Shown here in pieces: positions 1 through 10,335 of a stretch of DNA of 64,000 bases; positions within the stretch are counted from its first letter, which is position 1; the number at the start of each line of letters is the position of its first letter. The position numbers were made by a program, and so were the translations under genes. The notes below the pieces were generated by a model that was given only the letters and a program-made list of their open reading frames with translations, was not told the DNA's origin and made no database searches. Source of the DNA: an uncultured delta proteobacterium (GTDB taxonomy: Bacteria; Desulfobacterota; Binatia; UBA9968); assembly GCA_963745035.1 (NCBI GenBank), contig CAVUVW010000013.1:1504001-1568000 (forward strand), given 5' to 3'.

Positions 1-277
1 TAGAAGCCGTTGCCGATCCGCGGGATATCATGGGCGGCGCAATCCACGGCTCGGTGTTGTCCAACCATTTTTCCAGGCTGGTTGAGCACTACACCGGACA
101 ACTCCCGCGCTCTGTCCCCGAGCTGAAACCGATCAAGGGAAACTCGCCCTCTCCGACCCGAAGCATTACGTCGAGCTGATTCTACAAACGGCTCGGCGGA
201 TCCTCCGCGCGTGCTTGCGCCGCCGTCGAAAGATCCGCCGAGACTTAGCGGTTTAAAACTAACTAATGATTCACACG

Positions 278-664
278 CTACTCGCGACTACGCGAGGCGG
301 CGACGATGGCAACGATCACCACTGCCAGCACGCCCAATCCAACTAGGAGCGCGATGGTCGGGTCCATGCCCATCACCTCTCCGCCCGAAGGACCCGACGG
401 TCCTGCAGGCCCTCGCGGACCCGGCTCGCCAGCAGGCCCTGCCGGCCCCTGAACGCCCTCTCGCCCCTCCGGTCCTGGCCGCGCCCGCTCCTGATTTTTC
501 TCCTGACCTTGGACGCGTATGTCAAAGTTGCTATCTCCCGCGCGGCCTTCGACCGACGCCTTTCCTTCATTCTTTTGCGGCGAATCTTGCGCACCGACTA
601 AATAGGCAGATCCAAACGCAAAGAAAAGAAGTAAAACACCGATCAGATATCCTCGTGTTTTCAT
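278..664 (-). CDS. Small exported collagen-like protein with C-terminal membrane anchor
   Basis: ATG at 664 after AAAGGAGGG RBS; signal peptide MKTRGYLIGVLLLFFAFGSAYLVGA; ~10 Gly-X-Y triplets (GPEGREGVQGPAGPAGEPGPRGPAGPSGPSG); C-terminal hydrophobic helix followed by basic residues. Confidence 0.75.
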   Translation of the reverse strand: MKTRGYLIGVLLLFFAFGSAYLVGAQDSPQKNEGKASVEGRAGDSNFDIRVQGQEKNQERARPGPEGREGVQGPAGPAGEPGPRGPAGPSGPSGGEVMGMDPTIALLVGLGVLAVVIVAIVAASRSRE

Positions 665-881
665 GATACACCCTCCTTTTGCGAACAATTCAGATCTTGT
701 AGGCAATTGGAGCAAAAGGTGTGCCCTTAGTAGGACAACGACGTGAATTCAAAGACTTAGAGGTGGTATAAAAGTGTCCTTCCGCAAATTCGCTGCGGCT
801 CAATCGCACCTGTTCAGTGAATTCAGACTTACTGTTGAAGCCAAAACCATACGGTGGAAATGTCGCTAAAAACCGGAAGCC

Positions 882-919
882 TTGCCACTGATCGAACAAT
901 TTAATACACTTGTTTTAAA
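882..919 (+). promoter_or_regulatory. Sigma70-like promoter overlapped by a putative TetR operator
   Basis: TTGCCA (882-887), 17 bp, TACACT (905-910); imperfect palindrome TTTAATACACTTGTTTTAAA (900-919) covers the -10, just upstream of the tetR ATG at 923. Confidence 0.6.
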
Positions 920-922
920 CAT

Positions 923-1576
923 ATGTCTAAACTTGAACCGGTAACGTCAGATACAGAGGATCGTCTCCTTCAAGCCGCTGGTGAAGTATTTGCCGAGCAT
1001 GGCTACAGAGCGGCAACCGTACGGCAAATCTGCGAGGCGGCGGGAGCAAATATAGCAGCGGTGAACTATTACTTCGGGGACAAAGAAGGACTGTACATGG
1101 CAGTTCTGCGCTCGGTCTCCAAAGTCAATGCAGAAAAATATCCGCCACACGCGATCTCGGGCCGCGAGACCGCGCCGGAGCAGGAATTGCACGCTTATAT
1201 TCGTTCCCTGCTACAGCGCATTTTTGACGAAGGGCGTCCCGGCTGGCACATTAAAATCATGGGGCGCGAGTTGATCGAGCCGACGCACGGCATCGATATG
1301 ATTGTGGAAGAAGGAGCCCGTCCTTATCACCAGGCGCTGACAGCAACCGTCCGCGCCCTGCTCGGGCCGGGCGCAAACCCAAACGCTGTCCGTCTTTGTA
1401 CGTTAAGTATTTTAGGACAGTGCGCCTACTACCACCATGCTCGGCAGGTGATCCGCCGGCTTTACCCCGAACAGCGGTACGGCGAGGAAGATATTGAACA
1501 ATTGGCGGAACACATAACGACCTTTTCTCTCGAGGGACTAAGACAATTTACGCAAAGGAGACCCGACTCGCCGTGA
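923..1576 (+). CDS. TetR family regulator with CerR/DUF1956-type C-terminus (CecR/YbiH-like)
   Basis: N-terminal HTH (AAGEVFAEHGYRAATVRQICEAAGANIAAVNYYFGDKEGLY); C-terminal SILGQC...HITTFSLEGL; precedes RND pump genes. Confidence 0.9.
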   Translation: MSKLEPVTSDTEDRLLQAAGEVFAEHGYRAATVRQICEAAGANIAAVNYYFGDKEGLYMAVLRSVSKVNAEKYPPHAISGRETAPEQELHAYIRSLLQRIFDEGRPGWHIKIMGRELIEPTHGIDMIVEEGARPYHQALTATVRALLGPGANPNAVRLCTLSILGQCAYYHHARQVIRRLYPEQRYGEEDIEQLAEHITTFSLEGLRQFTQRRPDSP

Positions 1577-1752
1577 AAGTCGTGGCTGTCCGGCAAGCGC
1601 CGAGCACGGGACGGATTTGTAACGGATGCGACAAGAAACGACTTCAAGGAACCTGCGGCTGAACCAGCGCGTGAGACGCCATCGATGATCTCACGCGATC
1701 CAACATCTCGCGAACGCAGGATCGATACGATCGACGAGCAAGAGGCTAACCA

Positions 1753-3009
1753 GTGAGAGAATTTTTCCGTCTAGTGTGCGAGAAACCAACGCTCTCGGCA
1801 AAGAATTCTTTGACCTGGACGTGTCAAAAGTTTTTGCTTCCCGTTGCAATCACGGCACTCTTGGCTACAGGCTGCGGGGATCGCTCAGCGACAGCCCTCC
1901 CAGGAAATGACGATGCGCCGCGCCAGGTAAAAGTCGCTGAAGCGGTCACCGCCAAGGCAGCGCGCGTGGTGAGCGCCACCGGAACGCTCGCCGCAGACGA
2001 TCAGTTCGTGCTGGGCACGAAAGTCATCGGGCGCGTGAGCGAAATCGCGGTCGATCTAGGCAGCCGCGTGCGCAAGGGGCAGGTAATCGCGCGCATCGAT
2101 CCCAGCGATTATCGGCTCCGCGTCGATCAAGCAGAAGCCGCTCTCCAGCAGGCGCGGGTGCGCCTCGGACTACCGGCCGAAGGAACCAGCGATCGGATCG
2201 ATCCCGAGCAAACCTCGCTGGCGCGCCAAGCAGCGGCCACGATGAAGGAAGCGCGCTTGTCCCACGATCGAATGGCGGAGTTGTGGAAAGGGGATTATAT
2301 CGCGCGCGCCGAGCTCGACGCGGCGGTCTCGAAGCTCGCGGTGGCGGAGGGCCAGTATCAGGCCGCGCTCGAGGAGATTCGCAATCGTCAAGGAATGCTC
2401 GTCCAGCGTCGTTCGGAGCTCGAAATCGCACGTCAGCAGCTCGCCGATACCGCTATCGTGTCTCCCACCGACGGCGCGGTGAGCGAGCGGCAAGTTTCTG
2501 TGGGTCAATACCTGGCGGCGGGAGCGCCCGTGGTCACACTCGTGCGCATCGATCCGCTGCGCTTGCGGCTCGCGGTTCCCGAACGTGAGGCTGGAGCCGT
2601 GCGTGTCGGGCAGCCGGTGGAGCTTACCGTCGAAGGCGATTCCGCCAAGTACCCGGGTCGGGTGGCGCGCCTGTCTCCGGCCTTCGCTGAGAACAATAGA
2701 ACCTTACTGATCGAGTCTGAAGTGCCGAATGAAAAAGGCATACTTCGCCCCGGATCGTTCGCCAAAGCGGACATTGTTATCGAGGCCGGCCAGGAGATCG
2801 TCACCGTGCCGCGCGACTCAATCATCACGTTTGCCGGAATCGAAAAAGTGCTCATGGCGGTGGACGGAAAAACTGTCGAAAAGCGCGTGCGTACCGGACG
2901 CCGGATCGGCGAGCAGGTGGAAATCACCGAGGGCATCGTTGCCGGCAATCAAGTCATCGTTCGCCCCGGCAACCTCGTCGCAGGCGCTGCCGTGACGGTC
3001 GTGAACTGA
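1753..3009 (+). CDS. RND efflux periplasmic adaptor (MFP), lipoprotein
   Basis: LATGC lipobox; lipoyl/barrel motifs (GRVSEIAVDLGSRVRKGQ, SPTDGAV, LRPGSFA); stop overlaps the next start; exact start uncertain. Confidence 0.9.
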   Translation: MREFFRLVCEKPTLSAKNSLTWTCQKFLLPVAITALLATGCGDRSATALPGNDDAPRQVKVAEAVTAKAARVVSATGTLAADDQFVLGTKVIGRVSEIAVDLGSRVRKGQVIARIDPSDYRLRVDQAEAALQQARVRLGLPAEGTSDRIDPEQTSLARQAAATMKEARLSHDRMAELWKGDYIARAELDAAVSKLAVAEGQYQAALEEIRNRQGMLVQRRSELEIARQQLADTAIVSPTDGAVSERQVSVGQYLAAGAPVVTLVRIDPLRLRLAVPEREAGAVRVGQPVELTVEGDSAKYPGRVARLSPAFAENNRTLLIESEVPNEKGILRPGSFAKADIVIEAGQEIVTVPRDSIITFAGIEKVLMAVDGKTVEKRVRTGRRIGEQVEITEGIVAGNQVIVRPGNLVAGAAVTVVN

Positions 3010-6000
3010 TGCAAAAGCTCGCAGAAGTTTCCATCCGGCGTCCGGTTTTCGCCTCGATGATCATTCTGGCGCTCGTGGTCGTCGGCGTGGCGAGTTATTT
3101 CCGCCTCGGCGTAGACCGCTTTCCGTCGGTCGATTTGCCCAACGTCTCGGTCCGCACTACCTTGCCCGGCGCCTCTCCCGAAGAAATCGAAACCATAATT
3201 TCCCAACCGATTGAAGAGGTAGTCAACACCGTCGAAGGAATCGACGAGCTGCGCTCCGTGGCCGGCCGGGGAACCTCGTTCGTCATGGCGACGTTCAACC
3301 TCGACCGCGACATCGACGTCGCCGCCCAGGATGTGCGCGATCGGGTCGCTACGGTTCTCAATCGTTTGCCGGATGAAGTCGACCCTCCGGTCATTTCGAA
3401 GTTCAACAACGAAGATTCGCCGATCCTCACCCTAGCGGTTTCCGGCGACCGGTCGCTGCGCGAGTTGACGGAGATCGCCGACAAGATCGTCAAGGTGCAG
3501 CTCGAGCGTTCCGTCGGCGTGGGCGAGGTTCGCCTCGTCGGCGGCTTGGAACGCGCCATCAACGTTTGGATAGACGCGGACCGATTGGCCGCTTATCAGA
3601 TCCCCATCACTGCGGTGCGAGACGCCATCCAGCGGCAGAATGCTGATATCCCTGGCGGTAATGTGACGAGCGGCGCGCGCGAGCAAGTGCTGCGCACCAT
3701 GGGAAGGATCACCGACCCGGAAGCTTTCAATGATTTGGTCATCACCACCGTGAACGGATCGCCAATTCGCGTCCGCGACATCGGCCGCGCCGAAGACGGC
3801 ACGAAGGAACAGCGCTCTCTTTCGCGGCTGGACGGCGTGCCCACCGTCCAGCTTCAAGTACGGCGCCAATCGGGCGCCAATACGATCGCCGTCATCGAAT
3901 CCGTGAAAGAAAACCTTGCGCGGGTCAGTCGACAGCTTCCCGGGGACGTGAAAACCGAAATCATCCGGGACCAGTCGCGTTATATCTACGCCGCGCTGCA
4001 CGAAATCAATCTGCATCTGATCTTGGGCAGTATCCTCGCGACCTTGGTCGTGCTGGCCTTCATGCGCAATTGGCGTTCTACAGTGATCAGCGCGGTTGCC
4101 ATTCCCGCTTCGGTGATCTCGACCTTCGGCATGATGTGGGCGCTCGGCTTTACCCTGAACAGCGTCACGATGCTGGCGCTCGTCTTGATGGTCGGGATCG
4201 TCATCGACGACGCCATCGTCGTACTGGAAAACATCTTCCGCTTTGTCGAAGAAAAGCGCATGAGCCCGTTCGAGGCCGCGCGCGCGGCGACCGCCGAGAT
4301 CGGCTTGGCGGTCATGGCGACGACGTTCAGCCTCGTCGTCATCTTCGTTCCTGTCGCCTTCATGTCCAGCATCTCCGGACGGTTTCTCTATCAATTCGGT
4401 CTCACCGCCGCCGTCGCGGTGCTGGTCAGTCTCTTAGTCTCGTTTACGCTCACGCCAATGATGAGCGCGCGCATGCTCCGCGCCGAGGACGCGGCGGAGG
4501 GCGAGGAATCTCATTCCCGAAAGGGATTTTACGCCTGGATCGACCGGCACTACGAGCGCATGCTGCAGTGGTCTATGGCCCATCGCGTAGTCGTTATGGT
4601 GTTCGCGGCGCTCGTGGTGCTGTCCTCTCTTCCTCTCTATACGCTGGTTCGGCAGGAATATATTCCCAGCGACGTCGACGAAGCGGAGTTCGAGCTCAAT
4701 ATCACCGCGCCCCAAGGGACCAGCCTGGCGTCCATGGACGAGATCATGCGCGCCGTGGAGGGCGAATTGCGGGCTGTTCCATTAGTGCGGCTAATGCTCT
4801 GCGATGCCGGCGGCGGCTTCGTGAGCGGCGTCGGCACCGGTGGCTGTTATGTGCGCATCGCGCCCCACGATGAGCGCATATTTTCCTTTACCCGCCTTTG
4901 GCGCGAGACCCTCAACGGTCAACCCTGGGTCGCCTTCCGCAGCACTTCGCAGCGCGACGTGATGCAGCAAGTCCGCGCCGGCCTCGGTAAATTCACGGAT
5001 CTTCGGATTTCTGTGCGCAACCTACCGTCGTTCAATATCGGCGGCGGCAACTGGGATATCGATTTCGTTCTGCGCGGTCCGAACCTCGAAGCGCTCGCGG
5101 CCTACGGAGAAGAACTGCGCGTCCGCTCGCAAAAGCTCGGCATCATCGATGCCGATACCACTCTCAAGCTCGACAATCCGGAATTGCGCGTGGTGATCGA
5201 TCGCAAGCGCGCCGCCGATCTAAACGTGGACACCGAGCACATCGCCTCAGCGTTGCGTCTGATGGTCGGCGGCGATGAGGAAGTGTCGCGCTTTATCGAT
5301 CCGTCGGTCAACGAGGAATATGACGTGCAATTACGCTTGTCGCAGCACGATCGAGAAGATATCGGCGCCATCTCCCACCTCTACGTTCCGCGCGCGGGCG
5401 CCGGTCTGGTGCGGCTCGACAATCTGGTGTCGGTCGCGCCGGCCATGAGCGCGTCCCGGATCGACCGCCTGGACCGCCAACGCCAGGTGAGCCTACGCGC
5501 TCAAATCGCGCCGGGATTCGCGCTCGCCGATCGCCTCGAAGCGCTTCATCAAGCAGTGCGCGAAATGAATTTACCTCCCGAATACACCACCAGCGTCTCC
5601 GGTCGGGGGCGAGAGCTCACGCGCACCTATAGCCAATTTCTCTGGGCCTTTTTGCTTTCGATCATCTTCATGTACATGATTCTCGCTTCCCAATATGAGA
5701 GCACGATCCACCCATTTACCATTTTGCTCTCATTGCCGCTGTCGATCCCGTTTGCGCTTTTCTCGCTCTGGGCTACGGGAAACACGCTGAATCTCTATTC
5801 CGCGCTCGGCATCCTGGTGCTCTTCGGCGTGGTCAAGAAAAACTCGATCTTGCAGATCGATCATATGAACAGACTCCGCGAGCAAGGCATGGAGCGGCTC
5901 GCCGCGATCATGCGCGCCAACCGCGACCGGTTGCGTCCGATACTGATGACCACACTCGCTCTGGTCGCAGGGATGCTGCCCTTGGCGCTTGGATCCGGTC

Positions 6001-6209
6001 CCGGTGCCGAAGAAAGGCGGGCCGTTGCAGTCGTCGTGATCGGTGGGCAAACCCTGTGCTTGCTCCTTACATTGCTCGTCACGCCCGTGGCGTATTCGAT
6101 GTTCGAAGATTGGGCGAAAAGTATCGATCTCAAACGCGCGCGCCGCGCCGGCCGCTTGTGGGCCGAGCGCTTGCGTCCGTCGTTCGCTCGGCGAAAATCC
6201 GTGGAATAG
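3009..6209 (+). CDS. RND efflux permease (AcrB/HAE1 family)
   Basis: 1066 aa; RRPVFASM start, GIVIDDAIVVLENI, VVKKNSIL and RLRPILMTT motifs. Confidence 0.95.
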   Translation: MQKLAEVSIRRPVFASMIILALVVVGVASYFRLGVDRFPSVDLPNVSVRTTLPGASPEEIETIISQPIEEVVNTVEGIDELRSVAGRGTSFVMATFNLDRDIDVAAQDVRDRVATVLNRLPDEVDPPVISKFNNEDSPILTLAVSGDRSLRELTEIADKIVKVQLERSVGVGEVRLVGGLERAINVWIDADRLAAYQIPITAVRDAIQRQNADIPGGNVTSGAREQVLRTMGRITDPEAFNDLVITTVNGSPIRVRDIGRAEDGTKEQRSLSRLDGVPTVQLQVRRQSGANTIAVIESVKENLARVSRQLPGDVKTEIIRDQSRYIYAALHEINLHLILGSILATLVVLAFMRNWRSTVISAVAIPASVISTFGMMWALGFTLNSVTMLALVLMVGIVIDDAIVVLENIFRFVEEKRMSPFEAARAATAEIGLAVMATTFSLVVIFVPVAFMSSISGRFLYQFGLTAAVAVLVSLLVSFTLTPMMSARMLRAEDAAEGEESHSRKGFYAWIDRHYERMLQWSMAHRVVVMVFAALVVLSSLPLYTLVRQEYIPSDVDEAEFELNITAPQGTSLASMDEIMRAVEGELRAVPLVRLMLCDAGGGFVSGVGTGGCYVRIAPHDERIFSFTRLWRETLNGQPWVAFRSTSQRDVMQQVRAGLGKFTDLRISVRNLPSFNIGGGNWDIDFVLRGPNLEALAAYGEELRVRSQKLGIIDADTTLKLDNPELRVVIDRKRAADLNVDTEHIASALRLMVGGDEEVSRFIDPSVNEEYDVQLRLSQHDREDIGAISHLYVPRAGAGLVRLDNLVSVAPAMSASRIDRLDRQRQVSLRAQIAPGFALADRLEALHQAVREMNLPPEYTTSVSGRGRELTRTYSQFLWAFLLSIIFMYMILASQYESTIHPFTILLSLPLSIPFALFSLWATGNTLNLYSALGILVLFGVVKKNSILQIDHMNRLREQGMERLAAIMRANRDRLRPILMTTLALVAGMLPLALGSGPGAEERRAVAVVVIGGQTLCLLLTLLVTPVAYSMFEDWAKSIDLKRARRAGRLWAERLRPSFARRKSVE

Positions 6210-6242
6210 GAACTTCCTGCAGTAAGCTGCCGTCCGAAATCC

Positions 6243-6273
6243 GTCATTCCCGCATGTTTTAAGCGGGAATCCA
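6243..6273. repeat. REP-like palindrome, GTCATTCCCGC...GCGGGAATCC family (half element)
   Basis: GTCATTCCCGCATGTTTTAAGCGGGAATCCA between convergent genes; same family at 13183 and 30919. Confidence 0.7.
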
Positions 6274-6346
6274 GGCGGCTCCGGAAATGAATCCCGATAA
6301 CAGCAGGTCTAAGGAATCAACCCACCGGGATGGAAGCAAACCAAAC

Positions 6347-7390
6347 TTACCGTCCTGGCAAAGGATCGGCCCCCGCGAGCTTGTTGAAGATCTCCACCGC
6401 CGCGGCGTCGCGCGGCAGCTCGCGCACCACTTTTTCCAGGGCCTCAGGCATCAGCGGCGTCGGGGGCTCGCCGGAAACTTTCTGATACTCCTTCGAAAAC
6501 TCCGGATCGCTCAGCGTCTTGCGCATGGCTTCGCGCAAAATCTGCACGCGCTCCGCGGGCACGCCGGGCGGCAGGAAGAAGTTTTGCCCCGCGAGGCGAA
6601 AGGCGCGGAACATCTGCAATATTCTTTTCTCACGGTCCGACTTCGCGAAAGTTTCCAGTTCGGGCGCCTGGGCAAATTTCGGATGGCGCTCGCCCTTAGG
6701 AATCTCGATGCCGGCGTGGATGTCGATCAACCCTTTTTCGAGCCACTCGCGGTTGCGCCGGATCATTGAGTCGCCGGTATTCACCCGCGCGTCGGCTTCG
6801 CGCCGATCGATCGCGACATCGATCTCCGGGCCGGTAAAGCCAACAACGAATTTGGGATCTTTCAACCCGAGTATATAAGCAAAGAGCCGCCCGGTGATGT
6901 AGACCGGATGGCCGACGGATTGGCCGCCGATCCGCACTCCGGTCGCCGCGCGAAGTTTGTCCATGGTGTCGAGCCCGGCGTGCCGATGGGTGATGAACAG
7001 ATAGTGCTGCGCGCTGTCGGGCGTGCCTAGATAGATGAGCTTGTCGATATCGTACTGCACTCCGGTCGCGCCCAGCACCGCGTTGGTGACCAACGCCGCG
7101 CCCATGCTGCCGACGGTGAGTCCGTCGGGCTTGGCAACGCCGTAGATGTGGTTGGCCGCCTGCCGTCCGCCGCCGGCGCCCATGTATTGCATCACGATCG
7201 TCGGGTTGCCGGGGATATGCTTGCGGAAAACGTTGATCACGCCGCGCGTTCGCAAGTCCGCCGATCCCGCCGGCGGCCCGCCGAGAATGACCGTGATCGT
7301 CTTGTCCTGATAGAAGGGAGTCTGGGCTCGGCTCGATTCACCGAAGAATAGACCCAGGATAAATACAGCAGTGACAATGATAACCTTCAT
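6347..7390 (-). CDS. TctC/Bug family tripartite tricarboxylate transporter substrate-binding protein
   Basis: PFYQDKTITVILGGPPAGSAD, HIPGNPTIVMQYMGAGGG, KPDGLT motifs; signal peptide. Confidence 0.88.
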   Translation of the reverse strand: MKVIIVTAVFILGLFFGESSRAQTPFYQDKTITVILGGPPAGSADLRTRGVINVFRKHIPGNPTIVMQYMGAGGGRQAANHIYGVAKPDGLTVGSMGAALVTNAVLGATGVQYDIDKLIYLGTPDSAQHYLFITHRHAGLDTMDKLRAATGVRIGGQSVGHPVYITGRLFAYILGLKDPKFVVGFTGPEIDVAIDRREADARVNTGDSMIRRNREWLEKGLIDIHAGIEIPKGERHPKFAQAPELETFAKSDREKRILQMFRAFRLAGQNFFLPPGVPAERVQILREAMRKTLSDPEFSKEYQKVSGEPPTPLMPEALEKVVRELPRDAAAVEIFNKLAGADPLPGR

Positions 7391-7473
7391 TCGGTTCGCT
7401 CCTTCGCTGTAAGAAATTCCCCCACGCCGCGTGGCGATGGCGTACCTCGCTCATAACACTCGATTTTAGGAAA

Positions 7474-7551
7474 TCACCGCGGAGTCGCGGAGCACGCAGA
7501 GGAATGCCACTGTAAAATTAGTTCTCTGCGTTCTCAGCGTCTCAGCGGTGA
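7474..7551. repeat. Inverted-repeat element, CACCGCGGAG...CTCTGCGGTG family
   Basis: Imperfect hairpin with 9-nt periodic arms; related copy at 26353-26425. Confidence 0.65.
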
Positions 7552-7585
7552 ATGATTTGTCTTTCGGTTGCCTCCGCCCGCTGAA

Positions 7586-8560
7586 TTATTGCCCCCGCGC
7601 GCCGCCCAACTCACGCCGAGCCTTCTCGAGAAAGCTGAAGTCGCTGATCTGCGCGACTGTAAAGGGTTGGGCCACCTTCGAATCCTCGCGCACCAGATCG
7701 ATCATGAGCTGCAGCCCTTCGGGCTTGATCGTCATGTCGCGCAGCACGCCGCGGTTGAGTTGGCGGAGCATCTCGCCGGCGAGCTTTCGATCGGTGAGCC
7801 GCCACTGCTTCATGATGATGTTCACCACTTCTTCGCGGTTGCGCGGATCGAGGCTGAAATAGAACCCGCGCAAGGTGGCCCGCACCATGCCGTAGACTTC
7901 TTCGGGACTCTCCTGGATCTTTTTCACCGATGCGCCGAAGCCGTTTTGCGGAAAGCTCAGCACGTCGCCCAAAAACAACAGCTCGCTAAAGCCTTTTTCC
8001 GTGGCGAGAATATTTTCCGGCACGCCGAGCAGCGCGGCGTCCACCGCGCCCGACTCGAGAGCGGCCAAGCGGTTGTCCCGAAGCGGCACGACCGTGACGT
8101 CGCGGCCCGGCTCGAGGCCGAAGTGCTTGAGCGCGGCGTCCGCCATCAAGGTCGCCGTGCCGCCCGCGGTGCTGCCGCCGACTTTCTTCCCTTTCAGATC
8201 CCGGGCCGCGCGAATATCTTTTCTGACGATGAAGAATTGCAGAGGCCGGTCGACGGCGCAGGCAAGAATTTTGGCCGGCGCGCCGCGCACGATGCCCTGA
8301 ATGATGCCGTTCACCGCCGCGCTGTAATCGAGATCACCGCGCACGAACGCCGCGTTGACGGCTTGGGTGGACATGAAAATCGTTTCGAGATCGATGCCCT
8401 GATCTCGATAAAATCCCTTGTGAAAAGCGGCGTGAAAAGGCAGGAAGCCGATGTTGGTCGATTGGATGCCCATCCTGACTTTCTTGGCCGGCGTTTGCGC
8501 GAACCCATTCGCGCCGGCGACTACCAGCCAAAAAATCAGAAACGGCAACACAAGAAGCAT
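7586..8560 (-). CDS. NitT/TauT (SsuA/THI5-like) ABC substrate-binding protein
   Basis: Signal peptide; KGFYRDQGIDLE, DLKGKKVG and DFSFLEKA motifs. Confidence 0.88.
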   Translation of the reverse strand: MLLVLPFLIFWLVVAGANGFAQTPAKKVRMGIQSTNIGFLPFHAAFHKGFYRDQGIDLETIFMSTQAVNAAFVRGDLDYSAAVNGIIQGIVRGAPAKILACAVDRPLQFFIVRKDIRAARDLKGKKVGGSTAGGTATLMADAALKHFGLEPGRDVTVVPLRDNRLAALESGAVDAALLGVPENILATEKGFSELLFLGDVLSFPQNGFGASVKKIQESPEEVYGMVRATLRGFYFSLDPRNREEVVNIIMKQWRLTDRKLAGEMLRQLNRGVLRDMTIKPEGLQLMIDLVREDSKVAQPFTVAQISDFSFLEKARRELGGARGQ

Positions 8561-8686
8561 TATCGAAACCTCGAAGCGACGCCATTCTTACAATAACTCT
8601 CGTGTTCCAGCAAGGTTGGGTGCTGGCTCATCTGATCTATCTAAACGAGGTGCTAAGCCGAAGAGTTCAAGATGGCGCAGCTTATC

Positions 8687-8713
8687 TGTCATTTCGAGCA
8701 AAGCGAGAAATCT
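8687..8713. repeat. REP-like palindrome, TGTCATTTCGAGC...GAGAAATCT family
   Basis: TGTCATTTCGAGCAAAGCGAGAAATCT; reverse-oriented copy at 38863-38888. Confidence 0.6.
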
Positions 8714-8894
8714 TTCCTAGTGAGACCTGAAGGAGCATAGTCAGCACAGAACTAATCCCATGTGCATCGAAGAACTTTCTACGGCTGCGCGGTAATCTGA
8801 TCTGGACATCCTATCGTGCGTGGAGTATCAGAGCGGAGCCGCCCGGGTAAAGTTTTATCTACTGGCGCAAGTCCACTTTTGGGAGCAAACCGCG

Positions 8895-9887
8895 ATGAAA
8901 ACATGGCTGTTGACACTGGCTCTTCTGTTTTCGCTTTCGATCTTCTCCGTTGCATCGGCCCAGGACAAAAAACTCACGACCGTAAATCTCGGGTACTCCG
9001 CAATCAGCGGCAGCTTCGCGCCGCTCTGGGTCGGCTTCGACCAAGGCTTATTCGCCAAGCACGGCATCGATCTAAAAATGGCCTACATCCAGGGCAACCG
9101 CGTCATGCTGTCGGCGTTGACCGCCGGCGAGATTCATATTTATCAAGGCGGCGCCGAAGGGTTGATCCGGCTCGTCTCGGGCGGCGGCGACGGCATTTTC
9201 GTCGCCACGCAGTACAACTTCGTCGGCCATTACGTGCTCATGACCGATCCGAGCATCACTCGCCTCGAAGATCTGCGCGGCAAAAGACTCGCGCTCGATC
9301 CCACCAGCCCAACTTACGGCTACATGCTCAAAGTGCTGGAAACGGTGGGATTGAAGAAAGAAGACGTGAGCTTCGTGCAATTCGGCACCGTCGGGCAACC
9401 GGAGCGCGCCATGGCAGTCATGCGCAAACAGGCGGCGGCAACCATTCTCACCGCGCCGAATACCTACGCCGCCGAGAAACAGGGCTTGAGAAAATTTTCG
9501 ATCATTCGCGACCTCGGCATCCGCCAGTTGATCACCGTCAGCGCGACGACGAAAAGATTTCTCCGCGAAAGACGCGAAGTCACGGATGCGTATCTGCGCG
9601 CCTATGTCGAAGCGCTCGCCTACGTCAAGGCCAACCGCGATGTCACGATGAAAGTCATCGCCAAATACACCCGCCAGCGCGACCCGGAAGTGCTCACTAA
9701 ATTCTACGAAGACCTCGTGCCGGACCTGCCGCGCATCCCCTACGTCGACGACGTCTCGGCCCGCGCCACCGTCGACGCGATGCAGGCCCAAGGCCCGCCG
9801 CTACCGAAGGTCGATGTGAAAGCGCTTTACGACAATGGCCTATTGAAAATAATCGAGGCGGATTTAGACCGCGATAAGCGGCGGTAG
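8895..9887 (+). CDS. NitT/TauT ABC substrate-binding protein
   Basis: ATG 8895 after GGGAG; signal peptide; GYSAISGSFAPLWV...GLFAKHGID; DLRGKRL. Confidence 0.88.
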   Translation: MKTWLLTLALLFSLSIFSVASAQDKKLTTVNLGYSAISGSFAPLWVGFDQGLFAKHGIDLKMAYIQGNRVMLSALTAGEIHIYQGGAEGLIRLVSGGGDGIFVATQYNFVGHYVLMTDPSITRLEDLRGKRLALDPTSPTYGYMLKVLETVGLKKEDVSFVQFGTVGQPERAMAVMRKQAAATILTAPNTYAAEKQGLRKFSIIRDLGIRQLITVSATTKRFLRERREVTDAYLRAYVEALAYVKANRDVTMKVIAKYTRQRDPEVLTKFYEDLVPDLPRIPYVDDVSARATVDAMQAQGPPLPKVDVKALYDNGLLKIIEADLDRDKRR

Positions 9888-9933
9888 CTGCTGAGAGTGA
9901 AAACCCGGATGCAACGTTTTTGTTTCAGCCGAC

Positions 9934-10335
9934 CTATAAATGAGAAAAGAACGCGGGGGCTTCCTGCCACCTGTCGTTCAACCCGTCAACATAGGTAATT
10001 GGTAATTTGGAAAGTTCTTCTTCCGTGACGCCCTCGAGGCATCCAACGTTGACGCCGTACATCTTTCCGATCGGTGTCTCGTTTCCGACGCCGAAGGCGC
10101 GGACGCCACAGTGCTTACAGAAGAAGTGCTGGTTCTTCCTCGTGTTGAAGAGGTACTCGGTCATCTCGTGCTCGCCCGCCAGCAACCGGAAACCGTCGGG
10201 CCTGGCAACTGCTACCCAAAATCTGTTTCTTCTGCAGATGGAGCAGTTACACCTGTAGGTGCTCGCCGTAAGGTCGAGATCAGCTTCGAACCGAACTGTT
10301 CCGCAGTGGCAACTCCCCTGATATGTTTTCATCAT
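9934..10335 (-). CDS. GFA / CENP-V family zinc protein
   Basis: GSCHCG, CNCSICRR and FCKHCGV motifs; ATG after GAGGGAG. Confidence 0.9.
   Translation of the reverse strand: MMKTYQGSCHCGTVRFEADLDLTASTYRCNCSICRRNRFWVAVARPDGFRLLAGEHEMTEYLFNTRKNQHFFCKHCGVRAFGVGNETPIGKMYGVNVGCLEGVTEEELSKLPITYVDGLNDRWQEAPAFFSHL

Noticed and set aside
1-250. Possible 3' end of a plus-strand gene at the window edge
   Set aside because: Coding-like but apparently frameshifted and truncated; no recognisable family motif
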